From: an uncultured bacterium
Lineage (GTDB): Bacteria; Verrucomicrobiota; Verrucomicrobiia; Verrucomicrobiales; DEV007
Length of the DNA: 64,000 nucleotides
NCBI GenBank assembly: GCA_963977015.1
Contig: CAXBMO010000010.1
Coordinates: 128,001-192,000 of the forward strand
Reading direction: 5' to 3'
The notes below the pieces were generated by a model, which worked only from the letters and a program-made list of their open reading frames with translations, made no database searches and was not told the DNA's origin. The position numbers were made by a program, and so were the translations under genes. Within the stretch, counting starts at the first letter, position 1; each line of letters begins with the position of its first letter. Shown piece after piece: positions 49,045 to 56,995 of this stretch.

Positions 49045-50503
49045 TCTCAACCGCCTCGAATTGGAACGGGACTTTCTGCTTTCCGGTCACGTCATTGAAA
49101 ATATCTCGAAAGTCGAAGCCGGCGATGAACACCATGAAACCGATCAACAAAATCGCGCAGCTCGCGTTCATGAACTGCAGCACTCGAAGATCGATCGGCT
49201 TGCGCGAGATCGTTTCGATCAACGCCATGGTGATATGACCTCCGTCGAGGATCGGGAAAGGCATCAGGTTCAAGATGGCCAGGTTGACGTTCAGCAGCAC
49301 ACTAAACCACAGGACCAAGCGCCAGCCGTCGGGGTTCCGGAAGAGCTTGTAGTAAATGTAGATGATCATGGGCGCTCCGCTCAGGTGCGCCGCGCTGATG
49401 CCGGAGTTCGGTGAGGCAACCGCCGTGATCGTATTGTACATCGTCCGGACCGTCTTTTTGATTTGGCTGGCAGGCGAAGGATGGATGATGACGTTGTCGC
49501 GAAACTGCTCGGGTTTCAGCTCGTCAGACATGGTGATCAGGCCAACGCGCTTCACCTCACCGTAATCGCCTGGATTTTCCGGGACCCGCGGCCGAACCGT
49601 CACCGTTTTTTCAACTCCATCCCGAAGCACCAGAAACTCGATCTGATCGGGATGATTCGCTTCCACATGGAGGCCGATTTCTGCGAAGTGATAGAGCTTC
49701 CTGCCGTCCATCTTCAAAATCTGATCCTTTTTCTCCAGTCCCGCCATTTGGGCAGGGCTATTGTCCATGGTTTTGCCGACAAAAATCGGGGTGGCCTGGG
49801 GAGCGAGCCCGACCTGACGAATCGGCGGGCGAGCGAAGAGCTTCTTGTACCAAGGCCGTTCGTCTTTGGGGATCTCGGCCTCCACGTCAATGCTCATCGG
49901 GCTGCCATCTCTCTCAATATCGAATTTGAGCGAGTCCTTGTCGCTGCTGATGACGGCCCACTGAATGCTGTCCACCATCCCGCCGAACGTCGTTACCTCC
50001 TGATCATCAATCGATTTGACGACGTCACCGGGCTTCAATCCTGCCTTGTCAGCCGGATAGCCGGGGATGACATAGCCGATGGTTGTTGAATTGGAAGAGC
50101 GACTCTCGGGCGTTCCCGCGATCCAAACGACCACCGCGCACAAAATTGCGAGGCCGAAGCTGAAAAGAGGTCCCGCGAATGCGACGATGATCTTGTCCAG
50201 CGCCGAAATCGGCGGAAGCGGCTCCTCGGAATCGGTCGTTCCCTCCAGCATTTCCATGGGAGCCATTTGCGGCAGGGCCACGAAGCCGCCAGCGGGGATC
50301 GTGCCGAGACCGTATTGAACGCCTCCAACGGTTTTCTTCCAGATCGCTTTTCCGAACCAGATTTGAAACTTGTCGATCCGCAGGCCTCTCCACTTCGCGG
50401 CAAGGAAGTGGCCGAGTTCGTGAACCACGATGATGAGGTTAAAGACGAGGAGGACGAGAAAAAGAATCCCGATGACTTGAAACAGCGCCAGAATAAATTG
50501 CAT
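49034..50503 (-). CDS. rseP: RIP metalloprotease
   Basis: HELGHF, two PDZ domains, NLMPFPILDGG; upstream of ispG. Confidence 0.93.
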   Translation of the reverse strand: MQFILALFQVIGILFLVLLVFNLIIVVHELGHFLAAKWRGLRIDKFQIWFGKAIWKKTVGGVQYGLGTIPAGGFVALPQMAPMEMLEGTTDSEEPLPPISALDKIIVAFAGPLFSFGLAILCAVVVWIAGTPESRSSNSTTIGYVIPGYPADKAGLKPGDVVKSIDDQEVTTFGGMVDSIQWAVISSDKDSLKFDIERDGSPMSIDVEAEIPKDERPWYKKLFARPPIRQVGLAPQATPIFVGKTMDNSPAQMAGLEKKDQILKMDGRKLYHFAEIGLHVEANHPDQIEFLVLRDGVEKTVTVRPRVPENPGDYGEVKRVGLITMSDELKPEQFRDNVIIHPSPASQIKKTVRTMYNTITAVASPNSGISAAHLSGAPMIIYIYYKLFRNPDGWRLVLWFSVLLNVNLAILNLMPFPILDGGHITMALIETISRKPIDLRVLQFMNASCAILLIGFMVFIAGFDFRDIFNDVTGKQKVPFQFEAVENAS

Positions 50504-50595
50504 ATATGAGGTTGTGGTAACTAAAATCCGCTTCTTGGACGGGCGTCGGAACTATATCATCGCTACGAAGCTTCTCAATTGTTTGCCTGCACTGG

Positions 50596-52143
50596 CTATC
50601 GAAGGGAGATCGGTGGGAAAAAGAGCCCCAAATCCTGACGTTTCCACCAATTTCCGGTGCTTTTTCGTTCACCCGGACTGGTGAATTCGTAACGATAGAG
50701 TTTGGCGCGAACGAATTTCGGCGGCTGATCTGGAAAGGGATTGGATTTGAACAGCCGAATCACCTCGGGACTGTCCTGGAGGAGACGCACCATTAAATTT
50801 TCGAACCAGACGGTGCGGCTGGATCGTTGGTATTGGTAGCCGAGGGCCGCAAACCACAGTTGCCAATCCATGCGCGGCTGATGCGGCGCGACCAACTTTG
50901 GCCTTTCCCCGAGTTGATCCGGTTTCCAGCGGAAATCGTAGGATTTCCAGGTGATTCCGTCGTGGCTTCCTTCAATGATGATTTCCGGCCGCTCGCGGGT
51001 CATGACACGGAAGAGTCCGTAGCCGCTCGAAAGGTGAAACGGCTGGGCCGGCCCATTCAAACCGTTCAGAAACTCGGGGAGAAACGGCTTCTTGACCCAT
51101 TTCGCTTCATGAATCAGCTGCCTTTGGCAAACCTGGAGCGAAAGCACGAAAAGAAGGGCGCCTATCGCCAAGCGAATGCCGAACCCCGCCCTTCGTGGGA
51201 ATTTCGCGCTCGATAAGCTTCTTTCCTGGAACCGGTTCCTGATCTTCCCGGGCCAGCAGGAGTCGTCGATGAGTGACAAACACAAGACGATCGTGAGAAG
51301 GTTGAAATAGGTGAAATTCCCCGTCGCCATGATCAGAATCATCAGGCCAACAATCCCGACAAACGCGACGAACCGCAGGCGGCGGCCCAGAAAAATGCCA
51401 AACGGGAGCACGATTTCGATCGCCAGCATGATCCACGAGGAGACGATGTGGACCCAACCAGGAAGCTGATGGGCATACCAGGCCACGGCGTGGGCAATCG
51501 GCTGCGTTTCATAGTGATGCATCAGCGCGGTGCCGTCGCGCCAGGTGGGGTCGCTTGCGATTTTGACGGCTCCGGAGAAAATCATGAGTTTCCAAAGGAG
51601 AAAATGCACCAGAAAGATTCCCCAACGGGAAACTGCAGGATCAACCGTTCTCGGTCCGGTCCAGAGCCGCCACGGGGCGACCAACAGGGAGAGAAATCCG
51701 GCTTCCAGCAGCAGAATATCCCACTGGAAACTCATGAAGACGCTGCCGGTGTTCACCAGGGAAAGGTAAAGAAACCAGAGGAGCGCCAAAAAGGGTCCCT
51801 GCAGCACGCCAGCCATCACCAGCACCGCCGATATCACCCCGAGCAGGCAGGTCCAGTGGAGCGCCGGGTTGCTCGCATTCCACAGAAAGACCGTCGGCAG
51901 CTTCCAAAACGCGGAGTCGCCCAGATTCTGTTTCACTGCCGGAATGAAGCTCTGCACCGGCGCGATCCCGTTGGAGCCGACCAACCCGTCCAGCTGAACC
52001 CACCAGCTCGCGATCGCGATCAAATAGATGGCGCCGATTCCCCGAACGAAGAGCGACTGGGCCATGCCAAAGGTGGATGGCAACGGCGCTGGACCATTGG
52101 CGAGCCGCAAAAGAGGCTCAAACTTCTGGAGAAAGTCGCGCAT
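50596..52143 (-). CDS. Lipase maturation factor (LMF) family membrane protein
   Basis: FMSFQWDILLLEAGFL, HYETQP, TGNFTYFNLLT, YGLFRVMT, PHQPRMDWQLWF. Confidence 0.92.
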   Translation of the reverse strand: MRDFLQKFEPLLRLANGPAPLPSTFGMAQSLFVRGIGAIYLIAIASWWVQLDGLVGSNGIAPVQSFIPAVKQNLGDSAFWKLPTVFLWNASNPALHWTCLLGVISAVLVMAGVLQGPFLALLWFLYLSLVNTGSVFMSFQWDILLLEAGFLSLLVAPWRLWTGPRTVDPAVSRWGIFLVHFLLWKLMIFSGAVKIASDPTWRDGTALMHHYETQPIAHAVAWYAHQLPGWVHIVSSWIMLAIEIVLPFGIFLGRRLRFVAFVGIVGLMILIMATGNFTYFNLLTIVLCLSLIDDSCWPGKIRNRFQERSLSSAKFPRRAGFGIRLAIGALLFVLSLQVCQRQLIHEAKWVKKPFLPEFLNGLNGPAQPFHLSSGYGLFRVMTRERPEIIIEGSHDGITWKSYDFRWKPDQLGERPKLVAPHQPRMDWQLWFAALGYQYQRSSRTVWFENLMVRLLQDSPEVIRLFKSNPFPDQPPKFVRAKLYRYEFTSPGERKSTGNWWKRQDLGLFFPPISLR

Positions 52144-52158
52144 TGCGAGTGTTGGACG

Positions 52159-53859
52159 TCAATCCCGCCGAAACACGTCCGGGACAAAGCTCAAATCGCT
52201 CGCTTCCTTCGCCGCAATCTCGATCTGGAAGTCCATGATCTCTTTGGGAACCGGGCTCTGATAGTCGAGCAAAATTTCCGTCAGGGCGACCGACGCTTCC
52301 AGGTTTCTCGTCTTCACTAGCCGATAGGTTTTCACGGCAAGCGCTTCCGCGGAACCGGGGGTGAGATGGGGCGGGATCAATTCGGCGAGCGAAAACTCCG
52401 GCTCCTTCGGCAGTGTCAGTCCCTGTCGCTTCGAAAGCGCCCGAATCAGTGAGTAGGCTTCCTCCGGCGTCACGCTTGGGAAGAGCGGGAATTTCACGTC
52501 GACCCGTCCCGGGCGTTTCAGATCCACCTCGATCAGGTCCGGCCGGCTCGAAGCCAGAATCCAGAGAATTTTGCCACGATTTCTAGTGTCGCTCATCTCT
52601 TTGGCCATCATCGAGTAAACGCGCCCCGAAACGCCCGAATCTCCACTCTGTGCGCTGCGGCTTCCCAACGCCTGATCCGCCTCATCAATGAAGACGATGC
52701 ATCTGCCGAGGGCCTGAAGCAGCGCGAAAATCTTCTCCAGATTCCCCTCCGTGCTCCCAACCCAGCGATCGCGGAAATTCTTGAACTTCACCACCGGAAT
52801 CCCCGCCTCACCCGCGAGACACTCGACCATAAACGTCTTTCCCGTGCCGACCGGTCCGCAGAGCAGATAGCCCATCGGAATCGCCCGTAGATCGTCCTGT
52901 TGCCAGAGCGCGATATCCTGCCGCATCCAGTCCTTCACCGCCTCGCTCCCCATGATCATGTCGAGATTCCGGTCGCTCTCCACGAAATCGATCAGTCCCT
53001 GACAGTCCTTCTCCACCAAAGCGCGGCGCAGATCACTCAACGTTTTCTCGTCGATCGGCTTCTTCTTGTGATGGCGAATTTTCACCAATGACTCCACCGA
53101 ACTGAGCGTCGTTCCCGCCAACCGCTTTGCCGGGATGGATTCCTTTCCGGCAAACTTGGTCAGTGCCTTGGGAAAATCCTCTCCCAGAAACTTCAGCGCC
53201 GCCTCCAATTCCTCCGGCGACGGCAACGGCACCGCGACTCTCGCGATTCGTGGATTCCCCGCCACGAGGGGATGAAGGTCGTTCAGGTTCTCCGCGATCA
53301 GGAACGTGGCCAGATTCTGCTCCAAAAAGTGGCTTTCCGTCGACCAGGAACGCACCAGGGACGCCATCGAGTGGACCTCGTAGTTCATCGCCTGAGCCGC
53401 TCGCGCCGGCAGGACCAGCGAGGCCGTTCGAATCACGAATGCGATGCTCAAATTCTTCCCCGCCAGATTCTCCGGCTCCTCGTTCTCGGCAGTGGCGACC
53501 TGTCGTAGATTACAGCAATAGCGCAGAAAGTGATCCATGTAGGCCACGGCATCCCGTGGGACTTTGGGAAACGCACGTGCTTCCCGGGCCGATGGCCAAT
53601 GGTGATAGGCTTCCTTCCCGGCCTTGGTTGGCGTGGAGACGCGAAGCCCGTGCCCCAGATCGTAGGAAAAAATCGCGTCAAACTTCCGTAGTTGGTGAGC
53701 AATCAGGTAGTCGAACAGATTCCCAAACCGGACAGCCTCTTTGCCTTCTGCCGGCAGCAACACCCGATCCTCCACATTCCCGTGGAGCAGAAACTGATTG
53801 GCCGAACCGCTCAGATAAAGAGACCGGATTTCTTCTGGCCACGTTGTTTGCGAGGGCAT
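52159..53859 (-). CDS. AAA+ ATPase with a degenerate N-terminal AAA-like domain
   Basis: Walker A GPVGTGKT, Walker B FIDEAD, DLKRPGRVD; N-terminal FLLHGNVED. Confidence 0.88.
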   Translation of the reverse strand: MPSQTTWPEEIRSLYLSGSANQFLLHGNVEDRVLLPAEGKEAVRFGNLFDYLIAHQLRKFDAIFSYDLGHGLRVSTPTKAGKEAYHHWPSAREARAFPKVPRDAVAYMDHFLRYCCNLRQVATAENEEPENLAGKNLSIAFVIRTASLVLPARAAQAMNYEVHSMASLVRSWSTESHFLEQNLATFLIAENLNDLHPLVAGNPRIARVAVPLPSPEELEAALKFLGEDFPKALTKFAGKESIPAKRLAGTTLSSVESLVKIRHHKKKPIDEKTLSDLRRALVEKDCQGLIDFVESDRNLDMIMGSEAVKDWMRQDIALWQQDDLRAIPMGYLLCGPVGTGKTFMVECLAGEAGIPVVKFKNFRDRWVGSTEGNLEKIFALLQALGRCIVFIDEADQALGSRSAQSGDSGVSGRVYSMMAKEMSDTRNRGKILWILASSRPDLIEVDLKRPGRVDVKFPLFPSVTPEEAYSLIRALSKRQGLTLPKEPEFSLAELIPPHLTPGSAEALAVKTYRLVKTRNLEASVALTEILLDYQSPVPKEIMDFQIEIAAKEASDLSFVPDVFRRD

Positions 53860-53948
53860 AGTTCCCGATTCTCGACCCGCCCTTGCTCAGTGGCAACGCA
53901 ACTTTTAGTGGCGTCTTTGCAGTTTCGCGCTAGCATCATTTCACCCGC

Positions 53949-53984
53949 ATGCCATTCGCCCTTCGAATTAGCATTATTATCTGA
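53949..53984 (+). CDS. Putative Ile-rich leader peptide (uORF) of cimA, MPFALRISIII
   Basis: ATG CCA TTC GCC CTT CGA ATT AGC ATT ATT ATC TGA; 4 Ile in the last 5 codons; ends 134 nt upstream of cimA. Confidence 0.8.
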   Translation: MPFALRISIII

Positions 53985-54118
53985 ACCGCTCGGCCCGTTT
54001 TTCCTGGAATGCCGAGCGAGCGCGGGAACGTTCCGACCTGTCGTCGGGCCTCTCCTCCACTCGTGAGTTTTCCTGGATTCCGTTGGGCCGGTGGAAAAAC
54101 TACCTACCAACTCACCTC
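53985..54118 (+). promoter_or_regulatory. Structured cimA leader with alternative pairings
   Basis: CGCTCGGC/GCCGAGCG, GGCCCG/CGGGCC, CCGAC/GTCGG, GTTTTTCC/GGAAAAAC and GTGAGTT/AACTCAC complementarities. Confidence 0.6.
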
Positions 54119-55702
54119 ATGTCTGAAAAAGCCGTTAAGATCTACGACACGACCCTGCGCGATGGAACGCAGGGCACGGGAGTCTCGTTCTCATCGCACG
54201 ATAAGATTCGCATCGCTCAAAAACTCGATGAATTCGGCGTGGACTACATTGAAGGCGGTTGGCCCGGTTCCAACGTCAAAGACGTTTCCTTTTTCGAGAA
54301 AGCCTGTGAGTTGGAATGGAAAAATGCCAAAATTGCGGCGTTTGGCAGTACCCGCCGCGCCGACATGAAGGTCAGCGAAGATCCGCAGGTCAAACTCCTC
54401 CTCGACGCCAACACGCCTGCCATCACCTTCTTCGGCAAAAGTTGGGAACTCCACGTTATTGAGGTGCTTCGCACCACCGCCGAGGAAAACCGCAAGATGG
54501 TTTACGACACTTCCGCCTATCTCAAGGATCAGGGCAAGGAAGTCATTTACGATGCCGAGCACTTTTTCGACGGGTACAAGGACAACCAGGAACACGCGCT
54601 GCAAACGCTCGAAGCTGCGAAGAAAGGCGGGGCCGACATCGTCGTCCTTTGCGATACCAACGGCGGCACTCTCCCGCACGAAGTCGCCGAAATCACCAAA
54701 CTCGTTCGCGAACACCTCAACATGCCCGTCGGCATCCACACTCACGACGATGCCGGATTCGGAGTTGCCAACGCCATCGCTTCGGTCCGTGCCGGCGCTG
54801 TCCAGGTTCAGGGAACCATCAATGGTTACGGCGAGCGTGTCGGCAACTGCAACCTCACCACCGTCATCCCCAATCTTCAGCTCAAGATGGACACGCCGGT
54901 CATTCCCGATCTCAGCAAGCTCCACGAAGTCAGCTTCTTCATCGACGAACTCGCCAACGTTCCCCACAACCCGCGGGCACCCTTCGTCGGCACCACCGCC
55001 TTTGCCCACAAGGGCGGCATGCACGTCAACGCCGTGCAAAAGCTCGCCCGCACCTACGAGCACATCCAGCCCGAGCTCGTCGGCAACCGGCAGAACATCC
55101 TCATCTCCGAACTCAGCGGCCAGAGTAACGTCCTCATGAAAGCCGAGGAACTCGGTCACCCGCTCACCAAGGGCAGCCCCGAAGCCAAAAAGCTCCTCAC
55201 CCAGGTCAAGGAACTCGAAAACGAAGGCTACGAATTCGAAGCCGCCGAAGCTAGCTTCGAGCTGCTCATCCGGAAGGAGCTCAACAGCTACGAGCCTCTC
55301 TTCAAGCTTCTCGAATACCGCTGCATGTTCCACCGCATCCGGCCTCACGAAGACGACGGCGGATTCGAAGCCTGCTCCGCCACCGTCAAGCTCGAGGTCG
55401 AAGGCCGCGAACGCTACTCCGCTGCCGACGGCGACGGACCGATCAACGCCCTTGACGGCGCCCTCCGCAAAGCACTCGAAGACCATTATCCCGAGATCCA
55501 CAACATCCGTCTCAGCGACTACCGCGTCCGCATCAGCGACTCCCAGCTCGGCAGCGCCGCCAAAACCCGCGTCCTCATCGACAGCACTGATGGTGAAGAC
55601 GCCTGGAGCACCGTCGGCGTCTCCTTCAACATCATCCGCGCCAGCTGGCACGCCCTCGTGGATAGCATCGAATACTACCTGTTGCGGAAGCAGGGCAAGT
55701 AG
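54119..55702 (+). CDS. cimA: Citramalate synthase
   Basis: YDTTLRDGTQG, YIEGGWPGSN, FGKSW, YDAEHFFDGY, LCDTNGG, AFAHKGGMH, GYEFEAAEASFELL, WSTVGVS (TIGR00977-type signature). Confidence 0.92.
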   Translation: MSEKAVKIYDTTLRDGTQGTGVSFSSHDKIRIAQKLDEFGVDYIEGGWPGSNVKDVSFFEKACELEWKNAKIAAFGSTRRADMKVSEDPQVKLLLDANTPAITFFGKSWELHVIEVLRTTAEENRKMVYDTSAYLKDQGKEVIYDAEHFFDGYKDNQEHALQTLEAAKKGGADIVVLCDTNGGTLPHEVAEITKLVREHLNMPVGIHTHDDAGFGVANAIASVRAGAVQVQGTINGYGERVGNCNLTTVIPNLQLKMDTPVIPDLSKLHEVSFFIDELANVPHNPRAPFVGTTAFAHKGGMHVNAVQKLARTYEHIQPELVGNRQNILISELSGQSNVLMKAEELGHPLTKGSPEAKKLLTQVKELENEGYEFEAAEASFELLIRKELNSYEPLFKLLEYRCMFHRIRPHEDDGGFEACSATVKLEVEGRERYSAADGDGPINALDGALRKALEDHYPEIHNIRLSDYRVRISDSQLGSAAKTRVLIDSTDGEDAWSTVGVSFNIIRASWHALVDSIEYYLLRKQGK

Positions 55703-55879
55703 AAGGGGGCTCCGTCCCGTTCCCGCCCAGACTCCTGCCCCTTGCCGATGACCGTCTCAACATCGGGCGGCACGGCATGAGGAACACCAGACACGTGTTG
55801 ATTCGCTTCCCTCGGCGGGTTGCCGATCGCGTGATCGGGGAAGCGGCGTGGCGCCGAACTTCTACTCGCCGCTACGATA

Positions 55880-56902
55880 TTAGCGGCGTTCCTTGGCCTT
55901 CTGATCCCGATATTGATTGGGCGGGCAACCCATCCAACGGTGAAAGGCGCGATAAAAGCCGCTGGGTTCGTGATATCCCAGCATTGACGCCACCTCCTGT
56001 ATGGTGTGGCGGCGGTCGCTGAGAAAGTCGAGCGCCTGGGTGCGCCGGAAGTCATCAAGTACTTGTTTGTAGCTGGTTTGGGCTGCGGTGAGGCGGCGTT
56101 GGAGGCTGCGGACACTTATTCCCAGGTAGGATGCGATTGCGGAGAGGCCGGGTTCGCCCGCTGCGAGATTGGAGGAAAGGGCGAATTCGATTTGCTCAAC
56201 GAGATTGTCCGACGAGGGACGTTTGTTGAGGAGATGCTCGGCATAGGCATCGAGGTAGGTTTCGAGCTTTGGGTCGCGCCGTTCGATTGGGCGATTCCAG
56301 TCCGCCTCTTCAAAGACGACAATTGCCAAGTGATCACCCAACGTGACATTGCATTGAAAAAAGTCGCTCAACGCATCCGCGTCTTTGGTCAACAATTCGG
56401 GGACCTGGATTCTGCGGGGGGTGAGATCGGGAGTCGTCAGTTGGCGAGCGATCGCCACGATGATCGCGATCCGGCAGTGGATGGGGTGACGAATGGCGAT
56501 GAGCTTGATACTGGCTTCGAGCCGGACCTGGGGCGCGCCGGATTCCAGGTCAATCGAGATCGCGACGTCATCGGAAAGGAGTTTTCCAAACCGTTCGAGT
56601 TTGCTCATGGCATGCCCCAGAGTTTCGCTGTGGGACATTGTGTAGCCCACGATGCCGAGGTCTTGCAACAATACGCTCTTTCCGACTTCCAGCCCAAAGT
56701 AGGGCTGATGGTATTCCTCGTCGATTGCGATCCAGAGCCGGCTGAGTTTTTCGCGCGGGATGCGAGTATCGGGATTGCTGAGTTCGGCGGCGGTAAGGTT
56801 GCTGCGCGATAACAGTAACTTTTGGTCAAAGCCGGCCTGCACGGCTTTTGACATGACCCGGATAGGTGCTGCTGCCCGGATCGTAAGAGCATGAGAGGTC
56901 AT
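55880..56902 (-). CDS. AraC-family transcriptional regulator (OruR/VqsM-like)
   Basis: DLGIVGY N-terminal domain; SVRSLQRRL and LGYHEPSGFYRAFHRWMG HTH pair. Confidence 0.92.
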   Translation of the reverse strand: MTSHALTIRAAAPIRVMSKAVQAGFDQKLLLSRSNLTAAELSNPDTRIPREKLSRLWIAIDEEYHQPYFGLEVGKSVLLQDLGIVGYTMSHSETLGHAMSKLERFGKLLSDDVAISIDLESGAPQVRLEASIKLIAIRHPIHCRIAIIVAIARQLTTPDLTPRRIQVPELLTKDADALSDFFQCNVTLGDHLAIVVFEEADWNRPIERRDPKLETYLDAYAEHLLNKRPSSDNLVEQIEFALSSNLAAGEPGLSAIASYLGISVRSLQRRLTAAQTSYKQVLDDFRRTQALDFLSDRRHTIQEVASMLGYHEPSGFYRAFHRWMGCPPNQYRDQKAKERR

Positions 56903-56995
56903 TGGGAGGGGGTGTTAGTAATAGATTAAACCACTTACGCGCCAGTGCGAAGGTTTGGTTGCAAAATGAGTGCACCCTTCGTAGAAACTCTCTCT

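Noticed and set aside
53985-54118. Classical intrinsic-terminator attenuator or T-box for cimA
   Set aside because: No hairpin followed by a U-run and no T-box consensus; the U-rich stretches lie in loops or 5' arms
54191-55651. 486-aa antisense ORF over cimA
   Set aside because: Shadow frame caused by cimA's NNC codon bias; it has no protein motifs
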